DNA of 63,736 nucleotides, filler included, from Guillardia theta CCMP2712 (taxonomy: Eukaryota; Protista; Cryptophyta): the NCBI RefSeq assembly GCF_000315625.1. It is 4 parts of 4 records of this genome, joined end to end, with 100 filler letters (N's around TTAATTAATTAA, not from the genome) between each part and the next. Parts side by side here need not be neighbours in the genome. Positions count along the whole stretch, not along the records: positions 20,683 to 34,392 come from NW_005434582.1; 3 more parts are not named here. The stretch is one strand, 5' to 3'. The notes under the pieces are model-generated. The model searched no databases, was not told the origin of the DNA, and worked only from the letters and a program-made list of their open reading frames with translations. The translations under genes were made by a program, and so were the position numbers. Position 1 is the first letter of the stretch. The number at the start of each line of letters is the position of its first letter. Positions 23,601 to 34,492 of the stretch are shown piece by piece.

Positions 23601-26345
23601 ACAGCTCCTCCTCGGACTTTGTCGAGTCGCCCGAGGAGTCTTCGCCGGAGGTCTCCGACTCCGATGGGGGACACCCTTCGAGTGGCGCCGACGATCGGCG
23701 CGGAGCTGGCGAGGCGTCTCCGTCCCTCACTGTGACGTCGGGTGCCTCCGGAGAGCTCGACACCACTGGGGTGCTTGCTGCTGGTCCGAGCTCGCCTGCT
23801 TCCTCCCCGGCATCGGTCGGGTCACGCCGGTCCTTGGGCATTGCCGCGGCGTCCGAGTCGCCGCCGTCACGGGCGGCTACCACTGACTTGGCTACCGCTG
23901 ACTCGGAGGCTAGCGAGGAGGACTACCTCGAGCGGTACCGTGTTCATGTGTCCAGCCTCCCTCCGTCCGCTGCCCCAGGCGGACACCCGGGCAACGCCGG
24001 CTCCTTGTCGGCGGCTGCCCTTTCTCCCTCCGCGGCCGCCCGCTTTGTGGCGGCAGCGGACGTCTCGACTGACAGTGGTCAGTCGGCTGCCTCCGGGTAT
24101 CGCGTCTAAGGGATTTTCTTCCTCCTGCATGCTCCTGCTGCTTGTTGCTTGATTGCTTGACCCTCAGCGGCTGCTTGTCTGCGCGGCTTCGCGCTTGGGC
24201 TGGCGCTGCCGCGTCTGGGTGCCAGCAGTGCTGGTTCTTTTCGGGCTTGTGTTTTGTGTGTGTTTGTGCAGCTTCTCGCTGTGGACTGTGTACCTGCCGG
24301 TTCAGCTTGTTCCTGCTTTGTTTTGCTTGAGGCACTTTTTATCTTCTGCCAGTAAATCCTATATCTTCCCGACATCTGTGGTACACATCCCTGGTTTGCG
24401 CGCTCTCGTCGACTCGCCTCATGAGCACTTCATTCCTCCCCCTGCGCAGCGAAATGTGACCCCTCTTGTCATGCGCGTCTTCCCTCGACGTTCACTGCTC
24501 GAGATCTCCGGAGTCCGTGCCCAGAAGCATCCTCTGGCGACCTTCTTCGTTCAGGTGCACGACTTCGTTCATAATGCTGGAGCGATCCTCTACCGTCGTG
24601 TCAAGGCTCCTGCACCGGCTGCAGATGGCGCGGCGATCCCACCTGCCCCGGCTGCTGTGCCTGATGACGCAGGACGCCCCCCGGCATCTGTGGTACACAT
24701 CCCTGGTTTGCGCGCTCTCGTCGACTCGTCTCATGAGCACTTCATTCCTCCGCCTGCGCAGCGAAATGTGACTCCTCTTGTCATGCGCGTCTTCCCTCGC
24801 CATGTGCATGCTCGCGCTGCGCTGACCGATCAGCAGCGTGATATCCTCACCTTGCACAGCCGCAGGACACACTCGCTCAAGTCGCAGGATAGGGTCTTGC
24901 AGTCTACCATCTTCGCTCATTTTCCTGAGCGTGACCTGAGCCACTCTCCGATGCGAGTCTCGAGCTACTACCCCCTCAAGGCCTTCCCGCACCGCTATAT
25001 TTCCCGCACCGCTATGCTCAGATGCTCGACTGCTATCTCCATGGCATGCCAATCTGCCAGTGTCCGACGGAATGTGATGGATGTCAGCGCGAGCTCAATC
25101 CCTCCGTTGCTGCACATCATCTCCAGACCTGCAAACGCCGATCCTCCAAGCTTCCCGGCACGGCGCATGACAACCTTACTCGTACGGTACGATTCGGTCG
25201 ATGCTGAACGAAGCTGGTCTTCAGAGCGTCATCGATACAGTGGGGGATCCTCGTTCTCGACGGCAGGTACCCTCTCATCCTCATGGCCGCAAGATGAAGG
25301 GCGATATCCACATTCCTTGAATCGGATGATCCGCGATCGAGGGTCCGAGCAGTACGAGGGCTTGATGGCGGACGTGACGTTGGTCCACCCTTACAGCAAC
25401 AGCAGCGACCACAACCGCGCGGGCCGAGGGAGCAGCGGCAGTCCGGCCAATCGTCTCAGGAGTCTGAGCCTGCTCCTCCGCCGCGACCTACGCTGTCCCT
25501 CACCTCTGCGAGCGAGCGCCAACGACAGTTGGCGATTCATCAGTTCACTGCGGGCCGTGACCTTCATCGGGCGGTACGGACACTACTGAGCTCCGGCATC
25601 TACAAGGCTGAATCTTTCGCTGATCTTCTTGCTGAAGCACAAGAGAAGTTCCCTGATGGTGCGTCGCCTGCCTTTGGAAGTGCTTCCGCGGCTCATCTCA
25701 CCCAGCAAGCGCTTGCAGTACTGCAGGTGGATTTGACTGACATCCTCGACACCACTAGCCTGATCCAGGCGATGATCAAGCGCTACAGCTCCTTTGCGGG
25801 GACCGATGACCAAGGGTGGAGGATTCGGCAACACCTGTCACCCCTTTCTAGTCATCCTGCAGCTTTGAAGCTCTACTGCCAACATATCCTCCAAGGGGTC
25901 CTTCTTGGCCGGATGCCGGATCTTCTTATTCCTGCCCTGTCAGCCATTCGTCGAGGAGGCAGATTTATTCCCCTCTCCAAGGGAGCTGATAAACCTGGCC
26001 TCCGGCCAATTGTCATCGGTTCTGCACACCGTCGACTCGCGACGAAGCTTGCTTTGGCAGCGATTCGCTCATTTCTTGACCAGCACTTCCTCTCGTCTCA
26101 CCCTCGAGCGATTCAGTTCGGGCTCGATCGAGACGGCTGTCTGAAGTTCTCGCAAACCGCGTCAGCGCTCCTGCCCCTTCACGCTCGCGGTGATGATGAG
26201 GATGTTGCCAACCCCACAGTGCTGGTGAGTTTGGATGCAAAGAACGCCTTCAACTCCCTCGACCGCCAGGCTCTCTTCGATGCAATCGAGGGACGTGCGA
26301 GTCGCGACTACTTTGATGGGAGCATCACTGAAGGCGCTCGCTTGC
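20683..26345 (+). mobile_element. Array of truncated, rearranged non-LTR retrotransposon copies (CRE-like clade, RT + C-terminal zinc knuckle/restriction-like endonuclease)
   Basis: RT motifs GRFIPLSKG...LRPIVIGSAHRRLATK, QFG, LVSLDAKNAFNSLDR (25395-26345); RLE region CQCPTEC...HHLQTC, AHD, GDI...ADVT...KIRKH, FIPLAISTDG (22496-24109); the shared ~245-bp 3' UTR ending ctgccagtaaatcctata recurs. Confidence 0.85.
22326..24362 (+). mobile_element. Best-preserved 5'-truncated copy: C-terminal ORF (Zn knuckle + RLE, stop at 24109) and 3' UTR
   Basis: Open frame of 537 aa to TAA at 24107-24109, followed by the conserved UTR and terminal motif at 24346-24363. Confidence 0.8.
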
Positions 26346-29092
26346 GTCACAGTCACTCGGCAGTGCTGTGCAGCAAGTTCCGGCACCGTTTGGGCCGCTT
26401 TTTTCAAGTTTTCAACGGCGCCGCCGGGTTACGGTTGCGGCAGGCTGCACGGTGGGCCCGGCGCGGCGTGTGCCCGGCGGTTTGGCTTCAACGGTTGCTG
26501 CCAGGCTTTCTTCCCGCCCCCCCCCAGTGGCCGCGCCGGGCGCCGGACAACAGTGCTGCACTCAGTTCGAGTCAGGCCGGGCTTTTTAGCTCATGCGTTT
26601 AAACCGTGAGTCAGATCCGAGTCTAGACGTCACACGCCCCGGTGACGGGCACTCGGATTAACTTAGTATGTACTACGGTACGGTACACGGATTCGGGGCC
26701 CTTCCGGGAGTCACGTCTTGAACGGTTCTCCCGGGGGGCCGCCCGGCCGCCGGGAGGGCCCCGCGACCCTGAGGCGGCCGGGCCGTGACTCGGGGACCGG
26801 GGGCCCGGGCCGCCGGGCCGCCCCGGCGGCACCGGCGGACAGGCGGGCTCGCCGAGTCCGAGTCTCCGCACGGTCGGAGGCTCGGAGACCGGAGTCCCCG
26901 CGAAGACTCCTGGGGTATTCAGTGACCGGGTACGGTAAATGAGTACTCACACGGTACTGGCGGTCCGGCGCCGAGCAGCGAGCCTGGGCCCCGGCCCCCG
27001 GCGCCGCCGGGCGCCGGGACTCCGAGTGATAGTAGGCTAGTTCAACGGTATCAACAACCGTTACATCATCGAACGGTTCAACGGTTATCCGGAGTTGGGA
27101 AAGACTGTCGGACTCTGAGGCAGACGCGAACTTGGAGTCACGGCCCCGGTCGTCCGAGTTATTCCGAAGTTCCGTGATGACTCCTCAGTTCCACGGTCAC
27201 CCGGTACGTACGGTAAAATGAAAGTACAGATTTAGATTTGAACCTTGTTATGTTTATTCTAAAAATGCTCCACAAAAGTTCTACTCACGTTGAATTTGAA
27301 TCAACTTTAGGAGAATAAGATTTTTTTAGTCACATCTTGGGGGTTGAGCTAGGGGCACACCCTAGGGGATTGTGTATGGGGTGGGTAATTTCATAAGTGA
27401 AGTTTGCACCTCATGGAGGTGGGGTACTGACATGAGGGGGTGGGGTAGTCCTTATTGGTGAAGGAGTCTTGTGGTAAGAATTCAGCCGATTGCACATACG
27501 GAAGCGGGGGGTGCTTCTATAACCCCACCAGTTCATATCAAAAACATGTTGAAGTACCGGGTAGTGAGAGAAGCGCGTTACCAAAGACCGGACATTAGGG
27601 GTTCCCGTGACCCATACGAGTAGATGTGAATACAGCCGTATCGAACCCTATGGGAACACACGGGTGGGGTGAGTACGTATTCACCGCACGGGTACTTTCA
27701 CCTATGTCTCAAGGTCAAATAAGGGGTAGGGTCATCAAGGCTGTTTTAAACCGCCAAATAGAGGTTGCTGATTCTCAACAATCCACCCCACCCCTCATTA
27801 TCATTCCATGGACCCACCTCTCAGAGAAACAGAACAAGGAGCGCAGTTCTCTACAACCCCCAGGACCCCCTGGTACTAGTCCAAGTACCCCTGGTTTGTC
27901 CATTTATCTGTTAAAGCTCTACCCCACCTTTTCTTTTGCACGTCCCCTGTTTTATCTTTAGATAGACGTCACAGCCGCTGCTGCCCGGTGGAATTCACGT
28001 CAGGGGTAGGGGTGGTGACTGTGAAGTCAAAGAGTCAGGAGATCTGAGGGTAGGGTGGTCTAATCTTTATAAAAAGGACGATGAGGTCTGATGAGTGCGG
28101 GGGTACTGACGAGACATGCACGTCCGAGGAGTGAGGGTGGGGTGATGACTAGTAAAAGATAGGGGTACTCTTCTATGACCGCAGGACGTGACACAGGGAA
28201 TTGTGAGGGTGGGTGTATGATGCAGTACATATAGGAGGGTGGGGTGATCGAAACTTGGGTGGGAATTACCGACGATTGCCTAGCTATGGTAGGGTTATAT
28301 CAGGGAACAATGTTCTTATTTTTGAGGGGTGGGTAGTTGTGAGTTTGTTTATGGGGTAGGGGGGTGGGGTAGAAGGAAGAGTGGGGTTCTTAGCGAGCAG
28401 GGGTGGGGTTGGTGTCAGGAAGATGGTCTCGTCGGTGGCAGCGCGAAATGGATGGAGGGAAGAGCAAGAGAAGGAGAAGGAGAGAGCGAAGAGACTCGAG
28501 AGACGATAGATGGAATGCTGACTGATCGTAGAATGCAGGCGACATGCAGGAGGAGGCAGGAAGACTACTCGAGGAGGGCGATAGGTGGCAGAAGGAATGA
28601 GATGGGAGTTAGTAGGTAAAAGCTAGGAGATGCGAGATAGTAGATTTGAGGAAGGACAAGAAAGGGAGTTCAGAGGGTAGAGGACAAAACATTGGTTGTA
28701 ACTGATAGATGATTGAATTGTAGGGCTGGTGTGCAATTTCAATGTTTGATGCTTCACATGGCTGAAGAAGGACATATTCATGCATGATTGATACTGTGAA
28801 TGCAAAAGAGGACAGGACTATAACTTGAGCAAGAATAGATTTTAAAATACTTCTTGGGGAGTCTTTCAGTGTTGTGGGCTTGGTACGAGTGTTTGCGTAC
28901 AGAGCCGAAACAACATCAGCACTATCCTTTTCTTTCGCTTCCGTAGCACTTCTGACTTGGCTGATCAGCTTGCTCGTGTTGAACGGAATGGAATGTTGCT
29001 CATCCTAGGGAACAATTTTTGTCACTCGATGTTGTCTTGAGGGCGGATGCCAGGTGATCGAACGTAAAGACCTGTTAGGTGCTGGAGCATCC

Positions 29093-30469
29093 ATGCAAGA
29101 CATGGCTTCATCGCCCTTTGTGAATAGTAAGAGCAGAGCGGAACGGTTGCGTGAGGAGAAGGTAGAGCAGCGCAAGAGGACAAGAGATCTGATCGACCTG
29201 CTGGATCCTCTGGTTCCTCTTCAAGATCGGCCGATTTCATCGGAGAAAGGAAGCTTGAAGTCGAGGAGGACGGTTCTGCAGCTGTACGAAGATACAGTAG
29301 CCGCTATCAGATCCGTGAAGGTGGGGAATGGAAGTCAGGAGCGAGGTTCGGTGCAGGTTGGCAGCGACAGGAGTGTATCTTCTTTCTTCAGAAGGCTCGA
29401 TGAGGATCTTCAATCATGCATCGACAGGTGCCGGGTAGAGAAAGAGTACGTTGTGAAGGGCATGATGTCGTCTTCTTTCCTTCAAATCGTGGAGATGGAC
29501 ACACAGGAGTGGACGATCGTAAAAACAAGTGCTGGGTTTGACAATCTCTTTCAAAACTTACCATGCTCGTCGATAGTCGGAGAACGGCTGCCGTTGCTGG
29601 TGCACCCCCATGACCTTTGGACGCTTAGGATGCATGACAAGCCGAGAGACCCGGTCGAGATCCGGCTTTCTGTCTTTCGTGGAAACTGCCATGCGTGTAT
29701 CCGCTGCGAGCTGCATCCTATTACGGCTGAGAACTCGACCTCGACCTTGTTCTTCCTTCGCACTGTGGATGCTCTCCCTTCCATGGTGCCTGACCGTGCC
29801 TGGTCCGGCAAGGCTGAGTTTCTCAGCAGCCTCTGCGGTGTGTTCAATTTCGATGACATATGCTCGACGGCATCGCCATGGGAAGTGAGCTCGAGGATGA
29901 AAGACTTCGGATTCCCCGAGCAGGTCCAGCTCTCTTCTTCGGCTCTCCTGGCGTCGGAATCTTCACGAGTGGTTCTCGAAGAATACCTGGCGCTGCATGG
30001 TGTGGAGCTTCACAGATACGGCGAGCTGCCCCAGGTCTTCTCCCGGATCCTCCAATGGCACTTGTACTTTGATGTGACTGCCGGGGGGATCCCGCGCTTC
30101 ACGATGCATGTCCGCCTCAAGATGCCGGAGATCGCCGGGTGTAAAATCACCCCTTGGATCAAGCTGCTTCAGGTCACCTTAGACGGTCAACCCAACCAGT
30201 CGGCCAAGAACGTAGACTCGCAAGTTCGTTTCTACGCGCAGAGCAACTCGCCTCCTGGAGAGCTGCACATGACTTCTCTCTACTGGCGCAAACGCAAGGA
30301 CGGATGGAGTTGCTTTCACAACCGGGACTGGATCATGAAGCCCGATCGTTGCAGGATCTTCGGTCAGTTATTTCGATCAGCTCAAGACAAGCTGTTTGAG
30401 TTCGAGCATGTGTCTGTACGGGTGGGAGATGTCGACAACCAGCTTTTGAAAGACATCGTTGGCACATAG
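29093..30469 (+). CDS. Intronless bHLH-PAS-like transcription factor
   Basis: Basic-helix KVEQRKRTRDLIDLLDPLVP, loop, then helix RRTVLQLYEDTVAAIRSV; PAS-like IVEMDTQEWTIVKTSAGFDNLF...IVGERLPLLVHPHD. First ATG at 29093 (ORF is open from 29054). Confidence 0.6.
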   Translation: MQDMASSPFVNSKSRAERLREEKVEQRKRTRDLIDLLDPLVPLQDRPISSEKGSLKSRRTVLQLYEDTVAAIRSVKVGNGSQERGSVQVGSDRSVSSFFRRLDEDLQSCIDRCRVEKEYVVKGMMSSSFLQIVEMDTQEWTIVKTSAGFDNLFQNLPCSSIVGERLPLLVHPHDLWTLRMHDKPRDPVEIRLSVFRGNCHACIRCELHPITAENSTSTLFFLRTVDALPSMVPDRAWSGKAEFLSSLCGVFNFDDICSTASPWEVSSRMKDFGFPEQVQLSSSALLASESSRVVLEEYLALHGVELHRYGELPQVFSRILQWHLYFDVTAGGIPRFTMHVRLKMPEIAGCKITPWIKLLQVTLDGQPNQSAKNVDSQVRFYAQSNSPPGELHMTSLYWRKRKDGWSCFHNRDWIMKPDRCRIFGQLFRSAQDKLFEFEHVSVRVGDVDNQLLKDIVGT

Positions 30470-30587
30470 ATAGTGCTCCTAGGTTCTTTGTCCACTTTAC
30501 ATATTCAATGTTTGTCTTTTGTTTTTTGCTCCATTCGCCATGTAAATTGATTGAAGCGGATCCGGTCCCTTCGTCTCTCAACCTAGC

Positions 30588-32401
30588 CTATCTCCGCTTG
30601 TTGTGATCCAATACTTCATCCGGCCAGTCCAGCGCGTCTTTGTCAGGCGTCAAGCCTTGAACCTCGTCGTGTAACGGAGCTTTGCAGCCCAACATCTGCA
30701 AGCGAGTCAGGCGAGCAAGGGGAAGGAGCAGCCACGAGCCTGGCAGGTCTGAGGGGTCAGCCGGTAACGATCTTCACCGGAGATTCTTTCCATCACGGCT
30801 GAGGCGGCAAGTAAGAGTGAGGGAGGGAGGGAGATGATGGTCACCGATTCCGCAGTTGTTGGGGTTCTGCGTCATCTCGAATTCCTCGACCTGCTCGCTA
30901 AATTACCTGGAGGTTCACACAGATTGAGGGAGAGAAGGAAGAGAGGGAGAAGGGAATCAATCAACGGAGTGCTCGAGGGGGAGGGGGACGCGAGAAGAGG
31001 GAGAGCGACGTGAAGGGCAGGAGAGAGGACACGCATCTAACCGTCCACTGGAACCAAGCCATCAAGAAGAGCCTCAGGGCGAGACCTGCACCAGACGCGT
31101 CAAGAAGGAAGAGAAAGAAGAGGAGGGAGGGGATGAGAGAAGGAAGGGAGGGGAGGAGAGTAGGAGAGGAGGTAGGGCAGGAGGGAGGGGAGGAGAGTAG
31201 GAGAGGAGGTAGGGGAGGAGGAAAGGATAGGCAAGAGGGAAGGGACCGTGTGTGACGATGATAACTGTGCAATCTTCTTCGGTGTGGTCTCGTCGCAGCG
31301 TGTCAATGAAGCTAGTCACTCGCGTGTAGACGTCTAGACCCGCCTCGCCATCCGGAAACCTGCGGGAGGTCAATGAGAGTGAGGAGGGGGAGGAGGGGGA
31401 CCTGTAGAAGAACCTCCCGTACTTGTGCCTCTCGTCCTTGCTCTTCTTGATGGACGTCAGGTTCTGTAGGTTCCCGAACTGCTGCTCCGCCATCCTCGGC
31501 TCCTCCCGCATCCCTCGCACTTGCTCAGGGTTGAACGCTTGCAGAATCTCCTCGCAGGTCTGGACAGTGCGATAGTAGGGGCTGCGAGCCAACTTACCCA
31601 CACAGACTACAAGCACAAGCAAGAGAGACTACAAGCATCGGGCAGGCAGCGGTTGTTCGCGTCCCTTGTCTTTTACCTGTAGTAGAAGAAAACATCCGAT
31701 GCTCCCGCCAGCTCCTTGAGCTTGTGCCCAGCAGCTCGCGCCTGTTGTCGTCCTCGTTGCGTCAGGCTGATGCGCCAGTCTGACACGCGGGTGTAGACGC
31801 TGTCGTCGCTGTTCCCCTCGGACTCTCCATGCCGTACCAGCATGATCTTGTTCGGCCTCGGCACCACGTACGCTGCTGTTCTCCCCCACACCTCCTCTAG
31901 CGATGAAGCATGCGGACTCCGCACAAGAGGTTTCAGCCGCTGCTCCCCCATGGGACGCAGTAGATAGTGACGCTCCCATATCCCTCCCAGCCCTCCAACC
32001 CCACCTGCTGCTCCTCCGCCTCCCTCCCACCCGCCTCCCGTTGCTCTCCCCCAGTTGTCGAAGTCACTCACCGACGAGGGGATGTAGTCAAGCTCCTCCT
32101 CCGCCTCCAGATCCTCCCAGCCCTGTCGCTGCTTGTCCGGTTGTTTGCCTCCTCGAGCACCTCCTTGCAGGCCATGCGCTGGTTCTATTCGCTTGAGAAC
32201 GATCCTTTCCGTCCGTCTACCTCCTTCGTCGAACGTCTGACGTTCAATGTGCGATGTCTTAACGCTCTTGACGCCCTCAACCCTCTCCTCCGCATCTCCT
32301 CCTCCTCCTCCTGCGCTGCCTCTACCATCACTCAAGCTTCGTCTTCCTTCTCCTCCTCGTCGCCAACCTGCTCTCGCCCATCCTCCAAGCCTCCGCCACA
32401 T
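30588..32401 (-). CDS. Histidine phosphatase / phosphoglycerate-mutase-like protein (Det1/At3g05170-type), multi-exon
   Basis: IMLVRHGESEGN, SLTQRGRQQA, SPYYRTVQT, EEPRMAEQQFGNLQ, YGRFFYR-FPDGEAGLDVYTRV, IVTHG; Arg-rich N-terminus suggests a mitochondrial presequence. Confidence 0.9.
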
Positions 32402-32758
32402 GCCCGCCGCAAATGCGATGGACCCGACGGGGTAGGGGTAGTGCGGACCTGGTGAACCATAGCCATAAAGAGAGGGGGTACTCTAGTGGGAGGGGGTACT
32501 TTAGACGAATTAGGGTAGGGGTAGGGGCATAGAGCAAGGTAGAAATATGACGATCAGAGGGTAGGGGTCCTCAAAATTCTGAAGAAGGAACCGCATCCTA
32601 CATGGCATGGCGGAAGCGAAGGAGGGAGGGAGGGAGGGAGGAGGGAGGGGAGGGAGGGAGGGGGAGGGATATGGGAGCGCCACTATCTACTGCGTCCCAT
32701 GGGGGAGCAGCGGCTGAAACCTCTTGTGCGGAGTCCGCATGCTTCATCGCTAGAAGAG
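31892..32758. repeat. 97-bp inverted repeat pair (31892-31988 and 32662-32758)
   Basis: The reverse complement of 31892-31988 matches 32662-32758 with 2 mismatches by eye. Confidence 0.9.
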
Positions 32759-32845
32759 GGAGGAGGGAGTGAGGGGAGGGAGTGAGGGGGAAGCAGTTGG
32801 GGAGGTTTCAAGTGTGTACAATGACGAAGCTGTCAGACTGTCTCC

Positions 32846-34392
32846 ATGGCGGCGAGACTGGAGGAAGAGGAGCTGGCGAGTCTTGCGCGACTGAGGCTGA
32901 AGGGCGAGGGCGAGGGCGAGGAGGGCGAGCACAGCCGACGGTCACGAGGACCTGGAACTTCGCATAGTCCAGCAGCACGAGCTGGCGACGGACAAAGGGA
33001 ACGAGAGCCGACGGGGGACGGGAGGGGGAGGGAGGGAGTGAAGGTGAGCGGGAGTGACTTCGAGTGGGGGAGGTGCTAGGGGAGGGCTCCTACTCTAAGG
33101 TGGTGAGGGCGAGGAGGAAGGCGACGGGGGAGCTGTTTGCGGTGAAGATGGTTGAGAAGGCGCTGGTGCTGCGAGAGAAGAAGCAGAAGTACGTGGTGAT
33201 GGAGAAAGACGTCCTGAACCGATGCCGCCACCCCAACGTCGTGAAGCTCTTCTGCACCTTCCAGGACCCGCACCGGCTCTTCTTCGTGATGGAGCTCTGC
33301 GAGACTGAGCTCTTCCAGCTGCTGCAGGAGAAGGGAAGCTTTGCCCTCCCCTGTGCCCGATTCTTCGCTGCTGAGCTCGCCGTCACCTTGCGGTTCATCC
33401 ACGGCCAAGCTGTGATGCACAGGTGAGGAGCGACGAAGAGGGAGAGAAGGGGAGGGAGGGGAGGGGAGGAGGAGGGGGAACGGAAGGACAGGAGGAAGGG
33501 GAGGGAGGGAGAGGGTTCGGAGGATGGAAGAGGAGGGGGCGCAGAACCGGAAGCAGGGAAGGGAGTGAGGAAGAACAGGATGGAGGGCGGGAGACGGGGA
33601 GCGACGGAAAAGCAGAGGGGTAGGAGGCGGAGGCAGAGGAGGGGGATAGAGGCAAGAAGCAAAGGAGTGTAGCAAAGTTTCTTGACAGCACCCCAGGGAT
33701 TTGAAGCCGGAGAATGTGCTGGTATCGAAGAGCGGACATGTAAAGTTGACAGGTTATGGAGTACTGATCTTCTCCTGTCCTCTTACTCCTCATGCTCTTC
33801 TTCTCTTCTTGTCTTCTTTCTCCTCATCTGCCTCGTAGACTTTGGGACGTCAAAAATCATCAGGGACGCAGAGGCGACTAGGAGCAACAGCTTCGTGGGC
33901 ACAGGTGGCGCAGCGACTTGTGTCCTCCTCTCTCCTCACTTGTGCTGCGATAGCCGAGTACGTGTCGCCCGAGGTGCTCGAGAACGTTGGAGCTACGCAG
34001 GCGTCAGACCTCTGGGCCTTCGGTGAGATGGGGGGGAGAGGAGGAGGAGGAGGAGGAGGAGGAGGTGGTGGTGGTGGTGGTGGTGGTGATGCTCATGTCT
34101 GGCGTTCCCCCAGGCTGCATGATCTTTCAATTTTTCGCGGGGAGGGTATGCCGCTCCAAGCCCTAACCTTCCCCGCCGTCCCTCCCTCCCTCCTCTTTCT
34201 CTCTCCCTCTCTCGCCCATCGTCCCCCTCCCCTCTTCTCCTTGTCTACTTCTCGACTTCCTCAGCTTGTTTCAGGTTCCGTTCAGAGGAGGCTCGGAGTA
34301 CCTCACCTTTCAGAAGGTTTCCCTCCTCCCTCCTCCCTCCTCCCTCCTCCCTCCTCCTCACCCTTCGCAGATTCTCAAGCTTGACTTCGAGT
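32846..34392 (+). CDS. PDPK1: PDK1-like AGC Ser/Thr kinase, 3'-truncated by the scaffold end; apparent 1-nt frameshift at ~33065-33070
   Basis: SDFEW/GEVLGEGSYSKV, FAVKMVEK, KYVVMEKDVL, LFCTFQD, HR-DLKPEN, DFGTSK, RSNSFVGT-AEYVSPE, SDLWAFG, PFRGGSEYLTFQK. Confidence 0.88.
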
Positions 34393-34492
34393 NNNNNNNN
34401 NNNNNNNNNNNNNNNNNNNNNNNNNNNNNNNNNNNNTTAATTAATTAANNNNNNNNNNNNNNNNNNNNNNNNNNNNNNNNNNNNNNNNNNNN
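34393..34492. other. Artificial scaffold junction (TTAATTAATTAA linker)
   Basis: Linker at 34437-34448 within Ns. Confidence 0.95.

Noticed and set aside
26600-27200. GC-rich island as rRNA/ITS or other structured RNA gene
   Set aside because: No conserved rRNA, tRNA or snRNA motifs recognised.
32428-32570. TTAGGG/TAGGGG-like runs as interstitial telomere
   Set aside because: Not a regular tandem array; treated instead as a promoter-associated motif cluster.
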